The translations under genes and the position numbers were made by a program. Positions 1-8,875 of a stretch of DNA of 57,881 nucleotides are shown piece by piece (the stretch's first letter is position 1; each line of letters starts with the position of its first letter). The stretch is from contig CAZCLW010000008.1 of NCBI GenBank assembly GCA_964499685.1, positions 3,784 to 61,664 of the forward strand, given 5' to 3'. The DNA is from an uncultured Planctomycetales bacterium (GTDB lineage: Bacteria; Omnitrophota; Gorgyraeia; Zapsychrales; GWA2-47-8). The notes below the pieces were generated by a model, which ran no database searches, was not told the DNA's origin, and saw only the letters and a list, made by a program, of their open reading frames with translations.

Positions 1-372
1 CTCGAACTTCCTCTGGCGGGTCTCGGCCCGACCCGCACCCATGGCCGCAAATTCCTTAAAGCCGCTGAAGAGCGGCTGGCTCACCGTGAACCTGTGTTCC
101 GGGACCTCTCTCAATGAAAAGTTCGTGGAATCGCGTCCGTCCTGACGCCGGTCGGAGTAAATAAAGTGAGCTTTGGGCAGGATGGTGCTGAGGGCCTGGA
201 TAAACCGGGCTTCCGCGGCCCTGATCTCCTCGGCGCGGATGGCGACCGTTTCGCTTTGTTTCAAGGCAAGCTGATAACAATCATGTAAGGTAAGCGCCGG
301 AAGGGCTTGGGCGCCCGCGAAAGAGACCAGACAGATAAAAAGGCCAGAGATTAATAAACAAGTAAGCCGCAT
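1..372 (-). CDS. TolC-like outer membrane efflux protein, N-terminal part. The gene runs off the window start.
   Basis: My own translation of the minus strand from the ATG at 372 gives MRLTCLLISGLFICLVSFAGAQALPALTLHDCYQLALKQSETVAIRAEEIRAAEARF...FTVSQPLFSGFKEF. It has a signal peptide, the LTLxDCxxLAL opening and the SQPLFxG motif typical of TolC/OprM-family proteins. This frame is absent from the ORF track, probably because it has no stop inside the window. Confidence 0.6.
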   Translation of the reverse strand, partial: MRLTCLLISGLFICLVSFAGAQALPALTLHDCYQLALKQSETVAIRAEEIRAAEARFIQALSTILPKAHFIYSDRRQDGRDSTNFSLREVPEHRFTVSQPLFSGFKEFAAMGAGRAETRQRKFE

Positions 373-435
373 GAGAATGCATTTTAATATCTTACAAATA
401 AAAAGTCCACACTAATCGCCCACAGAAAAATGCCG

Positions 436-810
436 TCAAAAGCTTCTGGCCAATAAAACCCCGACCAAAAACGCCATAAGGCCGCCGGCAACACTGACCA
501 CGATATTCCAGACCGCCGCTATGCTCTGACCCCCTTTGGCCAGATAGACGGTCTCAAAGGCGAACGTCGAAAATGTCGTAAAGGCACCTAAAAACCCGAT
601 CGTCAAAAAGGCCCTGACGTCCTGGGAAAGCAGCTCCTTTTGTTCCGCCACCGTAACGATCACGCCCATAAAAAAGCAGCCTGATAAATTCACCACGAGA
701 GTGCCGAAGGGAAACTTCATCCCGAAGAATTGATCCGCCAGCATAGAAAGCGCATAGCGGGACACGGTCCCGAGCCCGCCGCCGGCCATCAGCAAAAGCC
801 ATTTGGTCAT
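436..810 (-). CDS. crcB: Fluoride ion channel CrcB/FluC
   Basis: 124 aa with four TM segments. Contains GGGLGTVSRY, GTLVVNLSGCF and GFLGAFTTFSTF, which are characteristic of the CrcB family. Confidence 0.9.
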   Translation of the reverse strand: MTKWLLLMAGGGLGTVSRYALSMLADQFFGMKFPFGTLVVNLSGCFFMGVIVTVAEQKELLSQDVRAFLTIGFLGAFTTFSTFAFETVYLAKGGQSIAAVWNIVVSVAGGLMAFLVGVLLARSF

Positions 811-821
811 TTTTTTCTCCC

Positions 822-1601
822 TTACATCTTTAACAGTTCGTTGACCCTTTTAAGCAATTTAATACCGCTGGCATCGATCAAGAAATCAACGGCACCCGCG
901 CTGAGCGCGCTTTCCTGTTCGCCGCCAAGGATCGTATTGCTGTAGATAAGGACGGGGATGTCTTTGACGCTCGGCATCCCCTTGACCAAGCCCACCAATT
1001 GTGCACCGCTCATTCCTTCCAGGACATACTTAGAAAGTATAATATCCGGGCAAAATCGCACCGCTTCCTCTAGGCATTCCGGCACGGAAGACATGATCTT
1101 GACCTCATAGCCGTAATCGCCAAAAATGGACTCAAGGCGCGGACAAAGCCACTGGTCATCTTCCAAGATTAAAATCTTCTTTTTTACCGCTTTAGCAGAA
1201 GGTGCGGGCTTGGCCGTCCCGGCCGGGTCTTTCGCAGGGCGCCCCAGGACTTTTTCTATTTTCGCCAAAAGATCTTCAGGCTTAAAAGGCTTTTCAATAA
1301 AATCATCTACGGCCATGGTCTCAAAATAATCGCGCATCTTGCGCCTGGCCGTCAATACAATGAACGGGATATCTTTACCGAAGGAAGATCCGCGCAACTT
1401 CTTCATCAACTGGTTGCCATCCACTTTCGGAAGCATGATATCGCAGACAATAAGGTCAGGCATGGCTTCCTGGGCCAGTTTAAATCCGGATTCGCCGTCA
1501 CCGGCCAGAAACACCTGATAGCCGGCGGATTCAAGCTCGATAGTGAGCAATTTCCGCATTTCAGGCTCGTCTTCGACGATCAGGATCTTACGTTTAGACA
1601 T
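822..1601 (-). CDS. Response regulator with a canonical N-terminal REC domain and a degenerate second REC-like (pseudo-receiver) domain
   Basis: REC1 has ILIVEDE ... DLIVCDIMLPKVDG ... VLTA ... KPF. The second domain has ILILEDD, but the phospho-acceptor position reads IILSKYVLEG (Lys instead of Asp) and the conserved Lys-Pro is absent. Confidence 0.8.
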   Translation of the reverse strand: MSKRKILIVEDEPEMRKLLTIELESAGYQVFLAGDGESGFKLAQEAMPDLIVCDIMLPKVDGNQLMKKLRGSSFGKDIPFIVLTARRKMRDYFETMAVDDFIEKPFKPEDLLAKIEKVLGRPAKDPAGTAKPAPSAKAVKKKILILEDDQWLCPRLESIFGDYGYEVKIMSSVPECLEEAVRFCPDIILSKYVLEGMSGAQLVGLVKGMPSVKDIPVLIYSNTILGGEQESALSAGAVDFLIDASGIKLLKRVNELLKM

Positions 1602-1602
1602 A

Positions 1603-1974
1603 TTATTCCCTGAGAAAATTATGGATCCGTTTGATCAGCAGTCCGGCATGAAAAGGCTTGGAAACATAATCATTCACGCCTAAATTCAATCCCTTTTGGA
1701 TCTCTTCTTCAAGGCCCTTTGCGGTCAGCATAATGACCGGCACATGTTTTAAATCCCGGTCTTTTTTCAATACCTCCAGGACCTGATAACCGTCCAGGAC
1801 CGGCAGCATGACATCGAGCACGATAAGGTCCGGCCTCATGTCCCGTGCCGAGCCTAATCCGGAACGTCCGTCAAAAGCCAGGACAACTTCATAGCCTTCC
1901 GTTTCCAATTCGATCTTCAGCAGAGCGGCCATTTCCTGTTCGTCCTCGATGACCAGGATCTTGTTTTTCGTCAT
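1603..1974 (-). CDS. Single-domain CheY-like response regulator
   Basis: 123 aa with ILVIEDE, DLIVLDVMLPVLDG, IMLTAKG and SKPF. The stop lies 1 nt before the start of the downstream REC gene. Confidence 0.85.
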   Translation of the reverse strand: MTKNKILVIEDEQEMAALLKIELETEGYEVVLAFDGRSGLGSARDMRPDLIVLDVMLPVLDGYQVLEVLKKDRDLKHVPVIMLTAKGLEEEIQKGLNLGVNDYVSKPFHAGLLIKRIHNFLRE

Positions 1975-4900
1975 ACCTTGTCCTCTTTCGATCTCGGCTG
2001 CGGGCCTGATTTGGGAATGATGAATAAAAATGTTGTTCCCTTGCCTTTTTCGCTTTCGACCCCGACGGTACCGCCATGCAGCTCAACAAGAGACTTGATG
2101 ATGCTTAATCCAAGGCCCGTGCCGTGTTTCCCCGGGCCGTAGGCCCTCTCCAGCTGCTCGAACCGCTGGAACAGCCTCGGCATGTCTTCCTTGGCGATCC
2201 CCGGCCCCGTATCCTTGACGGCAAACCGGCAATCCTTCTCTCTTTCCTCAAGCATGATTTCTACTTTCCCGCCAGGGGGTGTAAAATTCAAAGCGTTATT
2301 GATCAAATTGGACAATATCTGCAGGAATCTGCTCCGGTCAATATACAGCTTGATCTCCTTTTGCGGGCCTTGCAGCTGAAAATCTATTTTTTTCTTATCG
2401 GCCTGTAATTTCCACGCCTTATGGCTCTCTTCCAGCAGATGGACAATGTTGGTCCATTCGCGGTGAAGTTCCATGCGGCCAGCCTCGATCTTGGACACAT
2501 CCAAGATATCGTTGATGATAAGATTGAGCCTGTCCAGATTGGAACTGGCCATGGAAATGATCTCCTTTTGTTTGTCGGAGACTTCTCCCACTTTTTCCCT
2601 GAGGAGTAATGACAGGGCTTCTTTCGAAATCGCCAAGGGTGTGCGCAATTCATGAGAGACCGTGGAAATGAATTCCTGTTTTATCTCCAAAGATTTTTTC
2701 AGGGCCTGCTCGGCCTCGATGCGTTCCGTAATGTCCACGCATGAGCCGATATAGCCGGTGAATATACCGCCCGTCGTAAAACGCGGCACGCCGCTGTCCA
2801 GGATCCAGCGGTATTCGCCATCAAAACGCCGTAAACGATACTGCATCCGGAAGGGTTTTCGCTCTTTGAAAGAGCTGATGTACGTCTCCCGGCATTCTTC
2901 CAGATCATCAGGATGGATTCCCTGGGTCCATCCGTTGCCCAACTCCTGCTCCATAGGCCTGCCCCGGAAATCCAGCCATGATTTATTAAAAAAATTAAAA
3001 AGTGTGTCCCCTCCGGCCATCCAGATCATGACGGGCGCCGTATCAGCCATCAAATGAAAACGCGCCTCGCTTTCTCTCAACTCCTGTTCCGCTTTTTTCT
3101 GCTCGGTAATATCGCGCGCGATGGAGGAAGCACCGATGACCTTTCCCTCCTCATCTTTGACCGGGGAAATGCTCAGAGAAACGTGGATAAAGGCCCCGTC
3201 TTTACGCACACGGATGGTTTCCGTGTGCTGGATATGCTCGCCCCTACGAAGCGTTTCCAGGAAACTTGTGATCTCCTGTTTGCGGGCGGGCGGGGCGATA
3301 ATGGTAATGGACCGCCCGATCACTTCCCCAGCGGTATAACCGTAGAGCTTTTCGGCGCCTTTGTTCCAACTGGTGATAATGCCATCGAGGGATTTGCCGA
3401 TAATGGCATCCTCAGATGATTCCACGATAGCGGCCAACCGCTTGGCCATCGCCTCGGCCAGCTGACGCCGTTCAACTTCATTCCTTAATTCCGCGCTCCT
3501 GATCTTTTCCAGCTCCGTAATGGCCTTTTGATAATACAGCTCCTTTTCGATCTCGGAGACCTTCTTTTTATCCGAAATGTCGCGGATGATGGCGGTAAAG
3601 AACTTGCGGTCCCCCACAGACCAGGTGGACAGGGAGAGCTCAACGGGAAATTGCTCACCTCCCTTACGCATTCCGACAATCTCCACCGTCTTCCCGATAA
3701 TGTGAGCCTCACCGGTCGCGGCATAGCGGTTAAACCCTTTGTGGTGCTCTTCGCGCAAGTGGGGCGGGATAATATTGATGAGTGCTTTCCCTATGATTTC
3801 CTCCCTCTTGAACCTAAATATCCTCTCCGCCGATTTGTTCCAGGCAATGATCGTCCCTTCCGTATCCGCCGTTATGATGGCATCCTGGGCGGTCTCAAAG
3901 ACCGCCCTAAATTTCTCCTCATTTTCCCGCAGGGTCTCTTCATTCTTGCGCTGTTTGGTGATATCGCGCGCAACAATAAAAATATGCTTCTTCCCTTCAA
4001 AGTGGACGGGAACCACGCTTGTGTCCACAATAATCAGGGAGCCGTCCTTCTTGCGGAATTCGGTCTCCTCATGGGCCTTGTACGATTGCGGATTATTCAG
4101 GATCTCTTGGAATTTTTCGGGCATATAGTTGGTGTCCACCAATTCAAGGTGCATGTCCAGAAGTTCATCGGCAGAATATCCCAAGACGGCCGTGGCATAC
4201 CGGTTGACATATTCGATACACCCACTCTCATTGATGAGAAAATTGGCATCATTGGCGCTCCCGCTGATGAATTGAAAGCGGCGCAATTTTTCAAGGGTAA
4301 TAAGGATGACCCAGACTAATATAAGGGTCAGGACCAAAATCCCTATATAGATGGATACCATAAATGCTAATGCTTCCCGGCGGGGTGCAAAGGCTGCGAC
4401 GCTGGATTGCTTGGCCAGAACACCCCAGCCGTAAGGTGGAATGGGGGCATATGCGCAAAGCTGCTTTTCCTTTTCGACTGGATTATAAATGGTCTCCAAG
4501 CCGCTTTGGCCAGCCAAGATCTTCTGAACGACAGGGGCATGAGAGATGTCGACAATCTCTCCCTGGGCCGGAAGCTCGGGGTGGGCGACGACCCGGCCGT
4601 TTTTATCAACGACAACAATATAACCCGCTACCTCCTCGTTTACATTCTCGATCCATTCAAAAAATGTACCAAGTCCAATCTGCAGGGCCATGATGCCAAT
4701 GCGCGTGCCATCTTCGGCGTTGACTGGGATCGCGACCGTCACAACGTTGTATTGCGGCGACGCTGCCCGGCGGTAAGCTTCCGATACATAAGGCTGCCAG
4801 GATTCGGTCACACCTTTATACCAATCCCGGTAGGAAAAATCCATACCGACGGTCTCGCCGAGGGCCGGATAATCGGATCTCAGCACTCCATTAAGATCGG

Positions 4901-5258
4901 CCAAGAAAATACGTTCGATGAACGGCAGGTTTTCGGGGACATCCTTAAAAATCTGTACGGCCTCTACCCACTTGCTTTCGGCGACCAATTGGCGAAAACG
5001 TACCCGCGTGGCTAGGGCAACGCCTACTTCTTTAACGCGGTCCAGCTTTTCTTTTATGGTCGTAGCAGCCAAATAAACAACGGCCGAACGGCGGGCAAAA
5101 ATGGCATCGGTGATCGTATGATAAAGCCTGGTGCAGCTGAAAAAGGCGACGAGAATTAAAGGGACAACGGTTATGAGGAGAGCCCATGACCGGACCTGCC
5201 ACAAAGGGCGGTCGGCCACATGACGGTACAAAAATTTACTGATTGCTTGAAAAGCCAT
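1971..5258 (-). CDS. Multi-domain sensor histidine kinase: periplasmic Cache-like domain between two TM segments, several PAS domains, HisKA and HATPase_c
   Basis: 1095 aa. N-terminal TM, extracytoplasmic region, second TM. Repeated PAS-type segments (for example ARDITKQRK, IRDISDKKK, ARDITEQKKAE, CVDITERIEAE). H-box FISTVSHELRTPL. N/G boxes NLINNALNFTPPGG, DTGPGI and GTGLGLSI. It overlaps the downstream REC gene by 4 nt. Confidence 0.85.
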   Translation of the reverse strand: MAFQAISKFLYRHVADRPLWQVRSWALLITVVPLILVAFFSCTRLYHTITDAIFARRSAVVYLAATTIKEKLDRVKEVGVALATRVRFRQLVAESKWVEAVQIFKDVPENLPFIERIFLADLNGVLRSDYPALGETVGMDFSYRDWYKGVTESWQPYVSEAYRRAASPQYNVVTVAIPVNAEDGTRIGIMALQIGLGTFFEWIENVNEEVAGYIVVVDKNGRVVAHPELPAQGEIVDISHAPVVQKILAGQSGLETIYNPVEKEKQLCAYAPIPPYGWGVLAKQSSVAAFAPRREALAFMVSIYIGILVLTLILVWVILITLEKLRRFQFISGSANDANFLINESGCIEYVNRYATAVLGYSADELLDMHLELVDTNYMPEKFQEILNNPQSYKAHEETEFRKKDGSLIIVDTSVVPVHFEGKKHIFIVARDITKQRKNEETLRENEEKFRAVFETAQDAIITADTEGTIIAWNKSAERIFRFKREEIIGKALINIIPPHLREEHHKGFNRYAATGEAHIIGKTVEIVGMRKGGEQFPVELSLSTWSVGDRKFFTAIIRDISDKKKVSEIEKELYYQKAITELEKIRSAELRNEVERRQLAEAMAKRLAAIVESSEDAIIGKSLDGIITSWNKGAEKLYGYTAGEVIGRSITIIAPPARKQEITSFLETLRRGEHIQHTETIRVRKDGAFIHVSLSISPVKDEEGKVIGASSIARDITEQKKAEQELRESEARFHLMADTAPVMIWMAGGDTLFNFFNKSWLDFRGRPMEQELGNGWTQGIHPDDLEECRETYISSFKERKPFRMQYRLRRFDGEYRWILDSGVPRFTTGGIFTGYIGSCVDITERIEAEQALKKSLEIKQEFISTVSHELRTPLAISKEALSLLLREKVGEVSDKQKEIISMASSNLDRLNLIINDILDVSKIEAGRMELHREWTNIVHLLEESHKAWKLQADKKKIDFQLQGPQKEIKLYIDRSRFLQILSNLINNALNFTPPGGKVEIMLEEREKDCRFAVKDTGPGIAKEDMPRLFQRFEQLERAYGPGKHGTGLGLSIIKSLVELHGGTVGVESEKGKGTTFLFIIPKSGPQPRSKEDKV

Positions 5259-5274
5259 GCGCTATGGAAGTGTT

Positions 5275-5658
5275 TTATTGATTACCCAATAAGGCAATAA
5301 TCTTTCCCAATAACTCCTTGGCATCAAAAGGTTTGGCGATACTAGGATATTTTTGTTCATCGACGGTGATCATTTGCGCATCATGCTCCTCGCCTTTAGT
5401 CAAGAGGCCGGTAAGGAATATAACGGCGGTATTCTTCAGGGCAGGGGTTTCTTTGATCATGCGGATCGCGTCCGCCCCGCTCATGTCGGGCAGCAGGATA
5501 TCCATCAGGATCAATTCAGGTTTTATGCTTTTTGCCTTTTCGACGGCTTCTTTTCCGTTCCGGGCCTGAAAGGTACTATATCCTTCCGTGGTCAATTCTA
5601 TTTCCAGCAAGCGCAGGATCTGCGGTTCATCATCCACGAGCAGGATTTTGGCGGCCAT
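5275..5658 (-). CDS. Single-domain response regulator (REC)
   Basis: 127 aa with ILLVDDE, ELILMDILLPDMSG, FLTG and AKPF. Confidence 0.85.
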   Translation of the reverse strand: MAAKILLVDDEPQILRLLEIELTTEGYSTFQARNGKEAVEKAKSIKPELILMDILLPDMSGADAIRMIKETPALKNTAVIFLTGLLTKGEEHDAQMITVDEQKYPSIAKPFDAKELLGKIIALLGNQ

Positions 5659-5669
5659 AGTCCCTCCTG

Positions 5670-6374
5670 TTATTTTAAGAATGCCTTTATTTCTTCTAAA
5701 AGTGCTTCCATTTGAAAAGGCTTGGTGACATATTTTTCGGCGCCGATGACCCTTCCGCGAATGCGGTCCACGGTATCGGTCTTCGCCGTGATCATGATGA
5801 TGGGGGTGGCCACATCATTGTCCGTCCGGCGGATCTTGCGGCAGACTTCGTGGCCGTTGAGCTGGGGCAACATGAGGTCCAAAAGGATCAGGTCCGGCTT
5901 TTCCTTGTGATATTTTTCATAACCTTCTTTTCCATCGAAGGCGGTCACGACCTCATATCCTTCATGTTCCAACTCGATCTTGAGCAAGCTCACCATATCC
6001 GGCTCATCATCAACGACAAGGATTTTCTTCTTTGCGGGCATGATCAGTACCTTATTACAATAAAATTTTATGAACTTTTCTTCATCGGGACCAGCGGCCT
6101 CGATAATCTTTACACCGATTTTGGACCGTTCCATATCCTGTTCAGGCCTTTTCCAAACGGTCTTAACCTTTATAGAAACCGTTTCCCCTTTCTGGAGTTC
6201 GATCTTAAGGTCAATCTCCTCACCCTCGGCCACGGGCTCCCGCGCTACAAAACAAATGCCCTCGGCGCCCAAATTGATGACCGTACTTGTATAGACAGAG
6301 GCTTTGGCTCCCGCCAGCCTGTACCGGGCCGGAAGCTCAACGGAAATCCTCTGATATTTTCTCCTATCTTCCAT
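5670..6374 (-). CDS. PilZ-REC fusion protein: N-terminal PilZ-like c-di-GMP binding domain and C-terminal receiver
   Basis: The N-terminus has RRKYQR (RxxxR) followed by INLGAEGICF, resembling the (D/N)xSxxG PilZ motif with Ser replaced by Gly. The C-terminal half is a canonical REC (ILVVDDE, DLILLDLMLPQLNG, IMITAK, TKPF). Confidence 0.75.
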   Translation of the reverse strand: MEDRRKYQRISVELPARYRLAGAKASVYTSTVINLGAEGICFVAREPVAEGEEIDLKIELQKGETVSIKVKTVWKRPEQDMERSKIGVKIIEAAGPDEEKFIKFYCNKVLIMPAKKKILVVDDEPDMVSLLKIELEHEGYEVVTAFDGKEGYEKYHKEKPDLILLDLMLPQLNGHEVCRKIRRTDNDVATPIIMITAKTDTVDRIRGRVIGAEKYVTKPFQMEALLEEIKAFLK

Positions 6375-6485
6375 TTAGATTACAGCGGCCTTGGCCGGGG
6401 GCAGAACAAGTTTAGACGCAGAAAATATCTTTTATTATTATATATAACTTCGGCGATATGGCGAGATAATTTTGGATGATGTCGC

Positions 6486-7859
6486 CTAAACGGAAGAAAA
6501 ATCACGACGGGACTCAAGTAAAAAGATGTGTAATACGGCCAGGACCGCCGGGGCGAGCAAAAGCCGACTCATCGCGTCGAGCAAATAAAAAATATTCGGG
6601 TCAATGAGCCTTAAAAAGATGATCAAAAGCATGTGCAGCGCGATCAAAAAGAACAGATAGGATCCCTGATAGAACGGACGTTTTAACATCAGGCTCCTGA
6701 TCCATACAATGAGGAACGCTACCCAGATCACATTGAAATAAGCAAAGAAAACAAAATAAAAGAATAAAAAATAGACCGCTGCCGGTAAATGCTGAAAATT
6801 ATGCAGCAGGGACGACGGCGATAAGTTCGCGGTATTGATATGAATATTGCTTAGACCCAGCACAAATTTGGAAATAAGATGTGGCGCCGTGACGGCCAAC
6901 GCTATTAAGGGGTAAATGATAAACGCCCGTGCCGGATGAAGGCCTTTCTTTTCCTTATAAAGGAAAATACCCAACACCAGCCAATTCATCAGGCCGTAGA
7001 TGATCCCCTCGTTCTTTGTCCAGACCATGAGACCGGCAAAGACAGCCGAAAGGACAAACAGCGTGCGGTCCTTTGTTTCCATCCACCGGAACAATAAAGC
7101 AAGACTGACAATGTAATAGAAAAGGAGAATGGGTTCTGGTATGGCTCCAACCGCCCTCGACTGCAGCCCCGGCAGGGAGATTACCCAAAAGGCGGCCATA
7201 AGGCTCATCGTCCGGGGAATATACCGTCGGCAATAATAAAAAACGCACAGCATCAGCCCTATCAAAAACATCGGATAGATGACCCGCGGCAACTGGTCGT
7301 TCCAATAGCCCAGATTCAGCATAATCCAGGCTTCCATGAGCGGCACATGATGCGGATAGTCCCAGTTCCCCCAAACCGTCGCAAATTCCGCAAATCGCTC
7401 GAACGGGATACGCTGGTGCAAGAAATAGATCTTGGCCTTGAATCCCCAGACAGCCCAGTGGTCCCAGACGTCCTCGAAATAAATATAATTCAAGAGGAAC
7501 ACCATCGCGGCGCTCACAACGATCAAAAGGACAAGAAAGATGTCAAAAGGAAAATATGCCTCTCCGGTCCTTGATGTTCCTTTTGGAGAGACTCCCTCCC
7601 CTCGTATTGCCTTCAATCGCAGAACAGCCACAAGCGGAACGGCGCAGGAAAGAAATATCTTCAAGGGAGAGAAATCGATCTTCAGCACGGAAAAATAGAA
7701 CATCATGAGCGTTAACATGCCGAAGCCCAACCCGAACGAAAGAAATAATTTCTCACCGCGATAAAAAAGTTTGTGGCCGGGAAGGCAAGTCAAAGCCGCC
7801 CAGCCCAAGGCCATAGGAGCAAGCAATGCAAAAGATAGGTTCAGGAGATCAGCGGTCAT
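6486..7859 (-). CDS. Polytopic integral membrane protein, possibly a GT-C-type glycosyltransferase-like protein
   Basis: 457 aa, with more than 10 hydrophobic segments and aromatic-rich loops. I recognise no catalytic motif. The family call is inference from topology only. Confidence 0.45.
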   Translation of the reverse strand: MTADLLNLSFALLAPMALGWAALTCLPGHKLFYRGEKLFLSFGLGFGMLTLMMFYFSVLKIDFSPLKIFLSCAVPLVAVLRLKAIRGEGVSPKGTSRTGEAYFPFDIFLVLLIVVSAAMVFLLNYIYFEDVWDHWAVWGFKAKIYFLHQRIPFERFAEFATVWGNWDYPHHVPLMEAWIMLNLGYWNDQLPRVIYPMFLIGLMLCVFYYCRRYIPRTMSLMAAFWVISLPGLQSRAVGAIPEPILLFYYIVSLALLFRWMETKDRTLFVLSAVFAGLMVWTKNEGIIYGLMNWLVLGIFLYKEKKGLHPARAFIIYPLIALAVTAPHLISKFVLGLSNIHINTANLSPSSLLHNFQHLPAAVYFLFFYFVFFAYFNVIWVAFLIVWIRSLMLKRPFYQGSYLFFLIALHMLLIIFLRLIDPNIFYLLDAMSRLLLAPAVLAVLHIFLLESRRDFSSV

Positions 7860-8296
7860 TTCTTTCGTTTTAGCAAATACTTGCTTTCGCCAAAGGATGT
7901 ATGGATCTCATAGCCGTCCGGAACGCCGAAGTCGTCCACCATATAGACCAGGATATATTCCTTCAGAACGCTGTTGTTCCCGTAATTTTTGGGATACAGG
8001 TAGTACCGGGCCTTTTCGCGCAGATAGGAGTGCCGGATCTCAGGGGATTGCGGAACAATGACGGTGATCTCTCCATCCGGAGGGACGATCTCATCGCTTG
8101 CTTTCAGGATGGGATAATAATCAAGAAGCTGTCCGTCGAAGCTTGCCCAGAGATATTGCAGAGAATGGCGGTCAGCCGTCAGGGCGTAGGTAAAATAATC
8201 ACTCCGGCTGGCTATGAGCTTTATGTTCCAAAAGCAAACCGCGAACCACAGCCAGAAAAACGCGAAATATATCCTGGGCAAAGGGAACGAGGGCAT
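7856..8296 (-). CDS. Hypothetical membrane-anchored protein
   Basis: 146 aa with an N-terminal hydrophobic segment (IYFAFFWLWFAVCFW). It overlaps the downstream membrane protein gene by 4 nt. No recognisable domain. Confidence 0.4.
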   Translation of the reverse strand: MPSFPLPRIYFAFFWLWFAVCFWNIKLIASRSDYFTYALTADRHSLQYLWASFDGQLLDYYPILKASDEIVPPDGEITVIVPQSPEIRHSYLREKARYYLYPKNYGNNSVLKEYILVYMVDDFGVPDGYEIHTSFGESKYLLKRKK

Positions 8297-8302
8297 GGTT
8301 CT

Positions 8303-8875
8303 TTAATCCTCTTTCAAAAATAAGCTCAGAATGCTTGCCGTCAAAGCAAAAATGGCCATCAAGCTGAATAAAGCCTGAAACCCTAACTTCGTTGCCAACA
8401 GTCCGCCGGCAATGGCCGCGGCGCCTTCGAACATGGACCGATATCCATAAAAATCAGAATATATGGACCTCTCCTTGCCTTTTGTCAGGGCGGTGGCGAT
8501 CGCGGCGCTCCAAGACGGATTGATCACAACCTCTCCCAGCGCCAATAGCCCTTGGATCATCAACACATGAACGACATTATGGGCAAAAATATAGGACACA
8601 TAGCCTAAAAAGAAAATAAAATAGCCCGCGGCGATCATCAGCCGCTTACTGAACCTGCTCTCTTTTAACTGCCGGAAAGCGAAATAAAGCACGCCTTTTA
8701 AGATCGCGTAAAAGCCGATCGTTACCCCGGCGTCAACGATCGTCCCGCCGATATTTTTAATGAAAATAGCGTAGATCGGTGCTAATAAATTTATGCCGCC
8801 GTGGATAAAAATTGAGCAGGTTAAAAGAATTCTTATATTACGATGCATTTCAACCTTCTCGAGCCGCCCTGGCAA
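8303..8875 (-). CDS. Six-TM membrane protein, MFS-half-like
   Basis: 190 aa with about six hydrophobic helices, a general resemblance to one half of an MFS transporter. No diagnostic motif seen. Confidence 0.4.
   Translation of the reverse strand: MPGRLEKVEMHRNIRILLTCSIFIHGGINLLAPIYAIFIKNIGGTIVDAGVTIGFYAILKGVLYFAFRQLKESRFSKRLMIAAGYFIFFLGYVSYIFAHNVVHVLMIQGLLALGEVVINPSWSAAIATALTKGKERSIYSDFYGYRSMFEGAAAIAGGLLATKLGFQALFSLMAIFALTASILSLFLKED

Noticed and set aside
56-280. 74-aa ORF from the track at the window start
   Set aside because: It lies in a different frame, inside the much better supported TolC-like N-terminal coding frame (1-372, minus). Its Arg/Pro/Gly-rich translation looks like an off-frame artefact.
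811-821. Looked for a fluoride riboswitch upstream of crcB
   Set aside because: Only 11 nt separate crcB from the preceding response-regulator gene, so there is no room for a riboswitch. crcB appears to be co-transcribed.
2124-5015. Numerous plus-strand ORFs (60-263 aa) inside the histidine kinase gene, and similar antisense ORFs throughout the window
   Set aside because: They are antisense or off-frame to long, motif-supported genes. Their low-complexity, Arg/Gly/Pro-rich translations have no recognisable domains.
8303-8875. Possible truncated MFS transporter pseudogene
   Set aside because: Only six TM helices are present, but there is no adjacent frame encoding the missing half and no visible frameshift. 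It may be a genuine six-TM protein.
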